From Paraphysomonas bandaiensis (lineage: Eukaryota > Protista > Chrysophyceae): a stretch of 64,000 nucleotides of DNA. The position numbers were made by a program, and so were the translations under genes. Positions 11,600 through 22,539 of this stretch are shown here, one piece after another; within the stretch, counting starts at the first letter, position 1, and each line of letters opens with the position of its first letter. The DNA is taken from NCBI GenBank assembly GCA_965644295.1, contig CBFFRP010000520.1, forward strand, positions 5,114 to 69,113. Direction: 5' to 3'. Below the pieces are notes generated by a model that saw nothing but the letters and a program-made list of their open reading frames with translations, did no database searches and was not told the origin of the DNA.

Positions 11600-12252
11600 T
11601 GTCTTTTGAATAGATATATAAGTATCAATGATAAGCATGAATCGCACAATACATAGATGCGATAATACAAGTAAGCTACTATTGTGGATAAAACAGTTGG
11701 ACTAGACGAATAGTTCCACTCTCGCTCTCAATAAGACAAATACCTTTTAAGGTTAGATTATACATACATCTTATATGATTTAACAGTATCCAACACTTCT
11801 AAATCTCAGTATGAAGTATGCAATATGTAATGTAGTACCATCACTTGAGGAGTCACTGAGCTACATCTACCAGAAAATACTAGCGGCATCCTGCATCCTG
11901 CACTACTTCGAGATATGTGCATTATTAATGACCAGGCTTGATTATATTTCAGGACAACGCTCTTCAGATGCGCCGTACACCCCTCCACATCACTCCAACG
12001 CCTTTACATAATTTCCTCTCACCTCCACAGCCATAACTGACGCGATTAGCACGATGTATCCTGGTACTACGTTGTATTCATGTTATCAGTGGACGCCCCC
12101 TCTTGTATATGTGTGATGGTATGGCTCTCATTACTAGTAAGATCAGTCAGACCACAAGCAACGAAGACAATGTCATCAATAGCAATGAATGCGCTCTCCT
12201 AGACATCTAGCTAGAGATACATACATATACACACAGAGAGCATGTACGTCTG

Positions 12253-12368
12253 TGTATGTATGTATGTATGTATGTATGTATGTATGTATGTATGTATGTA
12301 TGTATGTATGTATGTATGTATGTATGTATGTATGTATGTATGTATGTATGTATGTATGTATGTATGTA
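12253..12368. repeat. (TATG)n microsatellite
   Basis: Direct reading. Confidence 0.97.
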
Positions 12369-12766
12369 CAGAGTAGAGTACAGCAGTACATAGCAGTACA
12401 ATATACGTATGTACAGTATATACTATCTGTGAGTGCGGTGTATTATGGTATACACGCATACACATACACGGCACACTCATCATGTGTGTGTATCCACGAC
12501 ACGCAGTGCGCTGTGCTGGCCAGAGCAGTCATCGGCAGACATAAACACATCGTCGTCTTCGAGTAGCATGTTCCTACAGAATCTCTCCACAGCCTCAGAG
12601 CGGCAGGGCCGTAAATCGAGCAATGTGAGTGGCATGAGTGCTGTATGCGTGTATGTATGTGTGGAGAGAGGCGTGTATATGTCACACGTGTATACAGAAG
12701 AGCAAAGGACAAGAAAAGGGACAAGAAAAGGGACATGAGAAGGAACAAGAAAAGGGACACAGGAAG

Positions 12767-14411
12767 ATGATAACCGCGCGAGATGTGTCCATCCCTCGAG
12801 ATATCCTGCTGGGCTTCCTTAACGACTGTGTCGCTAAACTATTAGACGATAAGACCATACAAGACACTGTCACCAGACACCTCCACACTCACAGGCCTCT
12901 TAGTGAGCTCATGATAGAGTTTCAAAGGGACACGTAAGTTATTTTATTGGAGATTGACTGTTGTGACTCATGTATGCAGCATGGAGAATGACTGGCTCAT
13001 TGAGAAGGAGTTCGGGTGCCAGTACCTGAGCCACTTAGCTGTCCACCATCCAAATGATCCTGAAATGATAAAGGCTGCCAAAAGATTTATGTTTATGGCA
13101 ATGCGCTCATATGTGAATGCCCTGAAGCATTCCAAGGACCTTCGCCCTCAACCTCCTAAGGGGTCACAAGTAGGAACCAAGGACGATAAAACACCTTCAG
13201 CGGAGTCGAACGCATCGGACTCAAATGCGTCCGAGTCTACTGAAAATCCAGAACCTCTCTCGAAAGAGGAATTGCTTGAGTTTATGGAGGGATGCAACGC
13301 TCTTATGGCCATGCCTGAGTCGAAGAAGTTTTTGAAAGACTCTTTTGAGAGTAGCCGGCGCCCTCCGCAGGCGGCCATGCAGGCTATGCAAGAGAGTATG
13401 TGGGAAAACTTAGGGATAGATCCAGCCTTTGGAATGAAACAGATAGGTTCTATGCACGAAAGATTTACAGACGACGCCAATGTGATGATGAAACTTCAGC
13501 AATTCATGATATGCGCGCAGTTGGCCGGCCGCGAAGCGATGATGAGTGAAGCTGAGAGACGAGCCTTTTATGACCAGATCCCTCCTCTTATGCAGAGTAT
13601 GCCCCATATGTACGTTTTCCAGATGCAGGTCATGCAACAGCAACAAGGTGGACACGTGCATGGGCCGCACTGCCAGCACAATCACCAGCATGAACATCAC
13701 GGTCACAGTCATGGTCATGATCAGCAGCAAGAATCTCCTATGCAGCAGGTGTGATTAGTGTAGTTAGATTGCGTCCTGTACGTGTATATTTTGTATTATG
13801 CGCTTTTTGATAATATATTGTAGCTGTCTGCTATGATGCAAGACGAAAAGTCTCGCGAGCGTCTGCAGAATCTCGGCACCCGTGTACAAAGTAGCCGGGA
13901 GCAGGTCGATCGAAAGGTATCTTCGTGGGGTACTGAAGAAAGAAAACAGTTTTTCGACGAATTTTCTCGTGACCCTCTGGTAGATGAGATGAATGGAATT
14001 GGGAGCAGCCCAGTGGCTCGGCTGGAACGTTTCCTGGCAATGTCTGATACGGACTTGGAGAATCTCATGACCCTGCAAGCATGCGTAATAAAGGATGCCG
14101 AGGAGGGTGGAGATCTTGGAACGAAGCTCAGGGCGGCTCAGGGTCATGACCATTCGAGCGCGGGAAGTTCTGGGGCGGATGGAGGAGGAATGTTAGGAGG
14201 ACTGATGGCGAGCTTCGGTGCACTGACGGGTCTCGGTGGTAGATCACAACAACAACCATCTGGTCATTCGCACAATCACAATCACTCCCACAGTCATAAC
14301 CATAGCCACTCCCACAGCCACGAACATGGACATGGCCACGGGTGCACTCACGGACATGGACAACACGGAGCGAAATCTGATCCTACCACTGGAGAAACTA
14401 TGGATAGGTAA
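12767..14411 (+). CDS. Hypothetical helical protein with two His-rich tracts
   Basis: Exons 12767-12933, 12980-13748 and 13824-14411 join in frame with GT-AG introns. Contains HVHGPHCQHNHQHEHHGHSHGH and (HS/HN/HG)n tracts. Confidence 0.8.
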
Positions 14412-14779
14412 TTTTTAGTGGAAAGCTGCATATCCCTAATCGTGTACTTTCAAAAATAATTAGTGTGTTATTTCTATTACAGTCGCGACTGTTGGATTAA
14501 GCAATAATTACTCAGTTGTAAACAACAAAATTGTGACTTGATACGCTGTATTTTATCAAGAATATCTTGTGTAGGCATAATACTGAGTTTGTAGTCTTTT
14601 ACATGTACTCTTCTGTTTGTGAGAAATTAAAAGCTGTATTTCAAGGTAATTGAATGATGACTGTTACTTCAAGAAGACAGTAGTGTGGTTAGCAGTATTA
14701 CATGAACTACTGATATGAAAGGAATAACAGTAGTGAAGCTGAAATAATATATTGATTGGTAGTTGAGAGATTCAGTGTC

Positions 14780-15044
14780 TATTAGGATTCAGCTTAATAC
14801 ATGATTGTATCTGTGAGTTATAATGTTCAATGAAATACACCATGAACTGAATTAGAGAGAGTATCTGTCGAAGATACGTGATCGTCATCATAACGTCGTC
14901 ATTATCAGTTACACTTCTAACTATTCCGTTGTGCATGATAGTACGTCCTATATTGTTATTCATAATTTTCACTCTATCGTGTTCATTACTTACACTCTAA
15001 TAATCACAACATTGTTTTACTATTATAAAGATCAATTCTTTATT
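14780..15044 (+). repeat. 5' LTR (265 bp, TATT...TATT)
   Basis: Identical to 20248-20512. Confidence 0.95.
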
Positions 15045-15055
15045 TGGTAGCGAGA
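15045..15055 (+). promoter_or_regulatory. Primer-binding site, probably for initiator tRNA-Met
   Basis: TGGTAGCGAGA directly follows the LTR; TGGTAGC is complementary to the GCUACCA 3' end of many eukaryotic tRNA-iMet. Confidence 0.7.
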
Positions 15056-18000
15056 TGTCAGTTAAAGTTACAAGTTACGACTCAACCGACTCGGATTCGA
15101 CAACCGACAAGCGAAAGGACTCAATGCCAAAATTCGATGCGAAGAACTTCTCCAGGTGGCAGAAGAAGTGCCGTGCATGGTTCTATCGCAAGCCTAAAAT
15201 CGTTTATACTCTACAGAACGATCACCCAATTGAGCCTGAAGCAGGAGAAAACTCAGATGACGAGGACTACCAGTATCGACTCGAACAGTACCAGGATGCG
15301 AAACGATATTATGATGAGGGTAATAACTACCTATGGTCAGTCATTGCAAGCTCTATCATTGGTCAGAATGAAGAGGCTGAGGGGATTTTGGAGAACGTCC
15401 CCGATGGAGACGGTAAAACCGCCTGGACGGACTTGCTCAACCATTTCAAAGAAAAAACGACTAACGACGTCATCACTGATCTGATTGGCCAGTTTCAGAG
15501 CATAAAAATCAAAAAAGGTCAGTCGATAATCAACTTTCTTGACGCTGTCGAAAAGCTCCGAAACAAGCTGATTAATTATGGTCATCGGATAAGTGACCAA
15601 GATCTCATCTCACGCATTCGACAAGGCCTGGTATCCAAAGAAAATATGACGTATCGTGAACTGGCAATCAACCTGCAGATGCACCCTATCGATGACTACA
15701 AAACACTCATACGCAGACTACGCGGATTAGGAAGCTCGTCTGTTGGAATGCTCTTGTCAAGCAACGAAGAAACAAAAACCGACAGTATTCAGCTTGCAGC
15801 CTCAAAACCCCCATTTTTCAAAAGTAAAGTGAATTCCAAGCGCAAAAAGGGGACATCTTTCAGAAACCGTTCCAATAAACCGAAACATGACAAGAGAACT
15901 GACAAGGACATTAAGTGTTTCCGATGCGATGGAAAAGGACACATCGCTTCAGAATGCAAACACTCATGGGAAAGGATCCAACAAATGAAGAGTTCCTCTG
16001 GAAACAAATCAACCAGTAGGAAATTCAAAAAAGTTAGATTCCAGACCCACCAGAGCACTGAAAACGACGAATCCGACCAGTTTGCAGATTATGAAGACAG
16101 TGGTCCATTGCAACAGAAAGGACGAGACTTCGGAGGAGTCGGATATCCAACAAACGACGAAACGAACTTCGTTTTTGATCAAGAAGCCGGAATGGGGACC
16201 CTTGATTCTGGCTGCACAGTCTCCATCACACCTGAAGCCGGATACATCACCAATTATGAGGAATGCCTCACCGACATTCAAACAGCTAAGTCAGGATCGA
16301 CTATGACCTCTTCAGGACATGGAAGACTTGGTATTATCCCCAAGTGCAAGCACGTGGAACATGCTTCGAGGACACTCGTGTCCATCAGCCAATTAGATGA
16401 CCTAGGGTATAAAATCTTGTTTGGAAACCAATCAGTTGAGATATATAAAGATGAAATACTGCTATCAAAGGGTAAGAGAGTTGGAGGCCTATATGAAATT
16501 CCGTTAACAGACCTCGGTACTCCTATTGACGAATCCCACCTTGCTTCAACCGCTTCAGGCCCACTCGCAACTCTAGCACATAAGAGATTGGCACATTCTT
16601 CAATTGGACTCATACAGAAAGCTGTACAGTCAAAATTAGTAACGGGTATTAAGTTAACGAAGTCGGAGATGAATGCTACTTCTTTACCGGGTGGCCTATG
16701 TGATGGTTGTGCTAGTGGTAAATCTCATCGCCGAAAACATAGACACGCTATCAGACAAATGCTGCTCAAGCGTGTAAGAAGAGCGAATGAGCTGGGGGAG
16801 CTAGTAGTAGCCGATTTTTCTGGACCCCATGCACCAGAGGCAATCATTACTGGCAACCGTTACATACTCGGGATGACAGATGTAGCTTCCAGACACCAAT
16901 GGGACTCCTACGGACCAACGAGAGATGAAGATTTCGTCATCCAATCCATCCAGAAAGTTGTCATGTATCTACGTAGTAAAGGGAAACGACTACAACATTA
17001 TCATGCGGATGGCGGGAAGGAACTCGTATCAAGAAAAGTTCTAGAGTATCTTCAATCAATAGGGGCTACATGGACTTTCAACTCCCCGTATACCCCCGAG
17101 GATAACCCATTCCAGGAGCGATCATGGCGGACAACAAAAGAACGAGCACTCAGCAGCCTTATCGACTCTGGACTCCCACCGAATTTCTGGGAACAAGCCT
17201 CAAGGGCGACAATACACATCAAGAACAGGTTACCGTGTCAAACAGCTAAAGGATTTATGTCTCCACTTCAGTTTATCGAAAACGAAATACCAGACTTGAG
17301 TTATGCCAGAATATGGGGATGTAAATGCTTTGTGAATATCGATTCCAGTCTCCGAAAGAACAATTGGGACAGACATAGCTGGCCTGGGTATTTTATGGGC
17401 TATCGAGAGGATGGTCCTGGATATATAGTCTTTGTTCCCGCATTAAGAGATTTTGTTATGTCAGGACATGTATTTTTCAACGAATGTGTTCCACCAGCGG
17501 ATAAGAGATATTTTAAGGAGATAAATGAGATCTTCAGAGAGAATGAGACCTCCAGGACAGTAGAAAGTTTCAAATATCTCATAGGTCTAGCTCATGTAGA
17601 TCCAGACGATGGATTAACATATGTAACGACTCAAATAAAGCTCAGAAAAGGATTAATCGCAGCGTATCGTGGTCTAGTCGATGACAGTGGTGACAAGACA
17701 CGACTCATCCAGCTCGACGACCCCATTCATGCTGCAGACGTCGAAAAGTACACTGAAGAATACATAGAACTCAAAGCAGTTGGTCTCAAATGTATTACGT
17801 CTCGATCGAAAACCCCAATACATAAATCCAGCAAATCAGATCAAGACCCCGATACAGTTATTGGATCTCCAGCGCCAGCCGCTACTTCCAGGGGGAGTGG
17901 CGAGAATCTCAGACATCATGATGCCGCGCAGGAGAGAATCAGCAGCCATCGGTGTGAACCTACCCACTCCGATGCAAAGATAGCGAAGACTCGCCCTCCG

Positions 18001-20016
18001 AAACAATTCAATGGGAATCTAGTGCCGAATCCGGCACCACACGGTCAAGTGGATCGTGTGCACCAGCGTATGGCCAAACGCGGTAACAAGTCTGCTGATT
18101 CATCGGGAGATTGGGAAAATCAGGGTACACCTGAAGGGCCAAGTAAGGTCCGTGCTACAGCAAAACAACAATTTTTAGCTGGTAGAAAGAGTGTTCTCCG
18201 AAGCAGGAGAATGGCCAGGAAACGGGTAATTGTAAATATACATAAACTTGGTGATGGTGTATATACATGTGATGTAAATGCTAAACATGTATTAAATCAT
18301 ATGGCACATGACACACAATGTATATCAAAATTACATACAAACAATATTGATATTGTTATGCATGCTATCAGTAATTGCGATGACATTGACGAGCTAACCG
18401 ATACACCAAAGAGTGTTCAAGATGCTATTTCAGGTAAATATAAACAGCAGTGGATCGATGCCATCAATAGAGAAATATCCACTCTTCAGAGGAAAGGATG
18501 CTGGAGATACACTGCGTTACCACCTGGAGCAAGAGCCATAAAGGGGAAACTCATATTCAAAATAAAAAGAAAACAGAATGATATCAAATTCAAGGCTCGA
18601 CTAGTCGCACAGGGTTTTACTCAAATCCAAGGCATCGATTATAATGATACATACAGCCCCGTCGCGAAGGCTACATCACTACGTACAATTATTGCCCTTT
18701 CGACTATTATGAAACTCAAATTGCACCAAATCGATTTCACAACTGCGTACATCAATGCTGACCTCGAAGAGGACATATACATGCATCCCCCTCCTGGCAT
18801 GGACGTCCCTGACGGAAAAGTCCTCAAACTGATGAAAAGCATCTATGGTCTAAAGCAAGCAGGTCTTAACTGGTATAAGTGCTGTACAAATTTTATGCTA
18901 GATATGGGTTTCACCAGACTAATATCTGACCCGTGTATATTCAAAAAGCAGATTAATGGCAGGATTATGCTAATAGCCATGTATGTGGATGATATTATTA
19001 TAGCATCTACATCCGACACTGATATCCAACAATTCAAAGACCATTTATCCAAAAAGTTCGAAATTACGGATCTCGGACTCCTAGATTATTACTTGGGCAT
19101 CTCCATTCATCAAGATTTTGACAAAAATATCACGACTCTCAGTCAGGAGCAGTATGTCAGAAAACTACTGGACAAATTCAATATGTCCAACTGTAAACCC
19201 ATGTCAACACCTATGTTACTGTCTTTCAACTATGATTTACATGAATACAATCATCTTTCAGAGTCAAATCAAAGTTATGTTCAGAATTTCCCCTACAAGG
19301 AGCTCATAGGTTCCCTAATGTATCTAGCTGTATGCACTCGACCGGATATCGCCTACGCAGTCAATACTCTTGCCAGATTTTCTGATATGCCTAATCTAAC
19401 TACCTGTAATGCTGCGTTACATGTTCTTAGGTATCTCAAAGGCACTGCTAAGCAAGGATTGATATATTCTGGATCCCACATAACATTGTCAGGATACTGC
19501 GATAGCGATTGGGCACGATGTCACCTCACTCGACGGTCCACTACAGCTTTTACATTCTTCATAGGTAATTGTCTTATATCATGGCAATCTCGATTACAGA
19601 CAACTGTGGCATTGTCATCTACTGAAGCTGAGTATATGGCTCTATCGTCAGCAGCTCAGGAAGCATTATGGCTACGCTCTTTATTATCAGAAATTGGTTT
19701 CAAACTTCCATTCTCAACAACTATTTGGTGCGATAATAAAGGGGCAGTCCAATTATGTTACAATCCTACTCATCATCGTCGTACGAAACATATTGCGATA
19801 CGGTATCATTTCATTCGAGAAAATATTGCCGAAAACCAATTGACTGTTGACCATATTCCCACCACGTCAATGTTAGCCGATCTTCTCACGAAACCACTAG
19901 GAGCAACTAATTTTCTTCAATTGCGAACTACATTGATGGGGGAGCTGGGTTCGACATCCCATCCAGCAGCAACAGGAAGCGATCAACAACCTCAGAGACA
20001 CCTAAATCACAATTAA
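15055..20016 (+). CDS. Copia Gag-Pol polyprotein (1653 aa)
   Basis: CCHC knuckle CFRCDGKGHIASEC; protease LDSGCT; HHCC AHKRLAH..CDGC; integrase DDE (VADF, HADGGKE, QERSW); RT MYVDDII; RNase H YCDSDWA, EAEY, DNKGA, ADLLTK. Confidence 0.98.
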   Translation: MSVKVTSYDSTDSDSTTDKRKDSMPKFDAKNFSRWQKKCRAWFYRKPKIVYTLQNDHPIEPEAGENSDDEDYQYRLEQYQDAKRYYDEGNNYLWSVIASSIIGQNEEAEGILENVPDGDGKTAWTDLLNHFKEKTTNDVITDLIGQFQSIKIKKGQSIINFLDAVEKLRNKLINYGHRISDQDLISRIRQGLVSKENMTYRELAINLQMHPIDDYKTLIRRLRGLGSSSVGMLLSSNEETKTDSIQLAASKPPFFKSKVNSKRKKGTSFRNRSNKPKHDKRTDKDIKCFRCDGKGHIASECKHSWERIQQMKSSSGNKSTSRKFKKVRFQTHQSTENDESDQFADYEDSGPLQQKGRDFGGVGYPTNDETNFVFDQEAGMGTLDSGCTVSITPEAGYITNYEECLTDIQTAKSGSTMTSSGHGRLGIIPKCKHVEHASRTLVSISQLDDLGYKILFGNQSVEIYKDEILLSKGKRVGGLYEIPLTDLGTPIDESHLASTASGPLATLAHKRLAHSSIGLIQKAVQSKLVTGIKLTKSEMNATSLPGGLCDGCASGKSHRRKHRHAIRQMLLKRVRRANELGELVVADFSGPHAPEAIITGNRYILGMTDVASRHQWDSYGPTRDEDFVIQSIQKVVMYLRSKGKRLQHYHADGGKELVSRKVLEYLQSIGATWTFNSPYTPEDNPFQERSWRTTKERALSSLIDSGLPPNFWEQASRATIHIKNRLPCQTAKGFMSPLQFIENEIPDLSYARIWGCKCFVNIDSSLRKNNWDRHSWPGYFMGYREDGPGYIVFVPALRDFVMSGHVFFNECVPPADKRYFKEINEIFRENETSRTVESFKYLIGLAHVDPDDGLTYVTTQIKLRKGLIAAYRGLVDDSGDKTRLIQLDDPIHAADVEKYTEEYIELKAVGLKCITSRSKTPIHKSSKSDQDPDTVIGSPAPAATSRGSGENLRHHDAAQERISSHRCEPTHSDAKIAKTRPPKQFNGNLVPNPAPHGQVDRVHQRMAKRGNKSADSSGDWENQGTPEGPSKVRATAKQQFLAGRKSVLRSRRMARKRVIVNIHKLGDGVYTCDVNAKHVLNHMAHDTQCISKLHTNNIDIVMHAISNCDDIDELTDTPKSVQDAISGKYKQQWIDAINREISTLQRKGCWRYTALPPGARAIKGKLIFKIKRKQNDIKFKARLVAQGFTQIQGIDYNDTYSPVAKATSLRTIIALSTIMKLKLHQIDFTTAYINADLEEDIYMHPPPGMDVPDGKVLKLMKSIYGLKQAGLNWYKCCTNFMLDMGFTRLISDPCIFKKQINGRIMLIAMYVDDIIIASTSDTDIQQFKDHLSKKFEITDLGLLDYYLGISIHQDFDKNITTLSQEQYVRKLLDKFNMSNCKPMSTPMLLSFNYDLHEYNHLSESNQSYVQNFPYKELIGSLMYLAVCTRPDIAYAVNTLARFSDMPNLTTCNAALHVLRYLKGTAKQGLIYSGSHITLSGYCDSDWARCHLTRRSTTAFTFFIGNCLISWQSRLQTTVALSSTEAEYMALSSAAQEALWLRSLLSEIGFKLPFSTTIWCDNKGAVQLCYNPTHHRRTKHIAIRYHFIRENIAENQLTVDHIPTTSMLADLLTKPLGATNFLQLRTTLMGELGSTSHPAATGSDQQPQRHLNHN

Positions 20017-20247
20017 CAAGCCACAAGCGACCTAGGTGGCTAGTTTGAGTTACACGGAGTTTTTACCATTTTTTTTACTTTTATTCAATACATGATGCTG
20101 GACTAGAAGGATGGTCTCACAATATGGCATCTCTGCAGTTCGCTTATTATTGTCTAGTGACTGCTACTCTGGTTTTTACTCTCAGTGTGCATAAGTTCAT
20201 ATTCTCTCTATTATCTACGGTTCACTGATTATTTCATTGAGGGGGCG

Positions 20248-20512
20248 TATTAGGATTCAGCTTAATACATGATTGTATCTGTGAGTTATAATGTTCAATG
20301 AAATACACCATGAACTGAATTAGAGAGAGTATCTGTCGAAGATACGTGATCGTCATCATAACGTCGTCATTATCAGTTACACTTCTAACTATTCCGTTGT
20401 GCATGATAGTACGTCCTATATTGTTATTCATAATTTTCACTCTATCGTGTTCATTACTTACACTCTAATAATCACAACATTGTTTTACTATTATAAAGAT
20501 CAATTCTTTATT
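20248..20512 (+). repeat. 3' LTR
   Basis: Preceded by the PPT and followed by TSD GTGTC. Confidence 0.95.
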
Positions 20513-20652
20513 GTGTCCAGAGGTGCGGTTAGTCAAGGGGGGCACGACGTTTTTAGGGGAGGGTCAGAGATATGATTTATGATTGATTGCTGTGTTTGTG
20601 AGTTGTTCAAGCTCAGTTACGTAAGTTACCTCATTATCCAAATATGGTAGCT

Positions 20653-20768
20653 CCTTCAACAAAGTCGGAATCGCACCTTTTCGTGGTGTTCTGGGGGATA
20701 AGTTCCGGGAAGCTAACGTGAGCCGCATAATATAACATAGTCATCAGATAATTTTCTGTGCTCTCATA
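20653..20768 (-). repeat. Fragment of unidentified multi-copy decayed gene family (called family R here)
   Basis: Encodes YAAHVSFPELIPQNTTKRCDSDFVEG, matching the copies at 28964, 49605 and 58283. Confidence 0.8.
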
Positions 20769-22440
20769 TATATAATATAATATAATATAATATATTATAT
20801 TAATATGATGATGGTTTGTACGTACAACTATCCAGTAAAATACAATCCCTTTGAACACATGGAAAATATTTGTTTGGATTTCTTTCTTTGTTTTTTTCGT
20901 TAAAGTTCGAGAACTATTCAAGCAATAATATTCTTATTATTATACAAAATATTATTATTATTTTGTAAACAATTCTTAACTCTTGTACAAAAGCACCGTG
21001 ACAATAACTGTTTTGAGATAATCCTCTGCATTACAGCTTTAAGATGCTTTTGAAATCCATTCTCATTCCTTTTCCTCTCACTTTCTTGCGGTGTGCATAG
21101 ATTAAATAAAGATATTATGAATCAGAAAACACCAAAACGAGCATCCACCGAGCCATCCATTCGTATACAGGCAGAGACAAGCGGCTCAAATGTGGACCAA
21201 AACTTGATGTGTGTCGCTTCCATATTTAGTACAAAATACTGTGGGGTGGACACGAGAAGTCGCGTGAGTGCACGTACAACTGCAGCCAAATCTGAAAATT
21301 CAGTACAAAGAATGTTCCGCTCCCAACTAAATAAGACCACCTTGTGAATAAATGTGACAAACCACTGCTGCTGAACGATCGCCTCAGAGAGAAGAGATCT
21401 TCCACTTTTTGTAAATTTTCTGTCCTTCCCTCGCGGCCATGGCTCATCTTTTCTTGTGGCAGACTAACGCTTTCATCCTAGTTAGACCTCTACCCTACTA
21501 TATTGGCACAGGTTTTTTAACGCCTATTGCTAAATAAAAAGACTTTCAATAACGCTTTCATCAAATGTAAACTCTTGGATTTTTTTGGATGGTTCACATA
21601 CAGGTATTCCGGTCTCTCCACATAACAACAGAAACGGTTCAGAAGACATCCTCTACTTCACTCTCAGTGATGCCGTCACAGTCATCATCTCTTGTTGCGG
21701 GACATATACGCATAAGTATTCCACAGGAATTCAAGCTACACTCCTCCAACTATGGCGGGGTGTGTTCATTGTTCATGTGATATATATATATATATATTAT
21801 ATAATAGTGAACATTATATATAAAATACATGGCATAGATAATACTCATCAGTCGGATCAGAGAGCCTTCCGTCCGACACGTACAAGAGGAAGTGATGAAT
21901 TATACGTTCCTCAGCTTATTGGGGCGACGGTGTTATATATATATAATATGTCGATGAATACGCATATATCTAGTTCATTCCACTGATACGGATATCATCC
22001 GAACGGTACCCCTAACATACTGTCTGTAATAGAGGTGTGCCATCAATTTACAAGTAGCCATCGTAGGTTAAAAGCGTGCTAGAATACAAACCAACAGCAT
22101 TATAGGCAAATTATAGTCAACTAAACAAAATATTATCTCTCTGCTGTTGGATGAAAAGAGAGACTTGTCTTTCACTACGACTCGTACTTCCTAGTGCTTC
22201 TTTTTTCTTATATCATCTTTGTTTTTAGTGTGCTCGTCAGTGTCTCACATTTGAAAGATACTCACCAGAGGTTTTAAAAATCCTAGGATTTATGGGTAGT
22301 TGTTTTTGTATAGAGAGAAATGTTTAGCATGTTAGAATAATAACAATAATATTATAATATATTATAATATATTATATATATTTATATGCAGAGAATTAGG
22401 GAAAGATGGATACAGTATAGACTACATACTATATTATAAT

Positions 22441-22520
22441 AAAGTCGAGGTAAATTACGTATTATACCAAAACCTGGTAAAAAAGCGATTTCACCAGGTT
22501 TCATATTATATATATCTAAA
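22441..22520 (+). repeat. Short dispersed repeat with an AAACCTGGT...ACCAGGTTT hairpin; second copy at about 49403-49473
   Basis: AAGTCGAGGTAA...AAACCTGGTA.AAAGC.ATTTCACCA..TTTCATAT is shared by both copies. Confidence 0.65.
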
Positions 22521-22539
22521 TGTCGGGTCTAGTGTTGCT

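Larger units (their letters stand above)
14780..20512 (+). mobile_element. Intact full-length Ty1/copia LTR retrotransposon
   Basis: Identical 265-bp LTRs, 5-bp TSD GTGTC (14775-14779 and 20513-20517), PBS TGGTAGCGAG at 15045, PPT GAGGGGGCG at 20239-20247, single gag-pol ORF in PR-IN-RT-RH order. Confidence 0.98.

Noticed and set aside
12705-12760. 12-bp AAGGGACAAGAA tandem repeat as an N-terminal coding extension
   Set aside because: It lies upstream of the plausible ATG at 12767, and the extended frame runs into promoter-type low-complexity sequence.
14772-14972. Repeated 66-68 aa minus-strand ORF (also 20234-20440)
   Set aside because: Incidental antisense frame within the two identical LTRs.
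21093-21450. Short ORFs with a TRWS motif suggestive of hAT transposase
   Set aside because: One weak motif across broken frames; not enough for a call.
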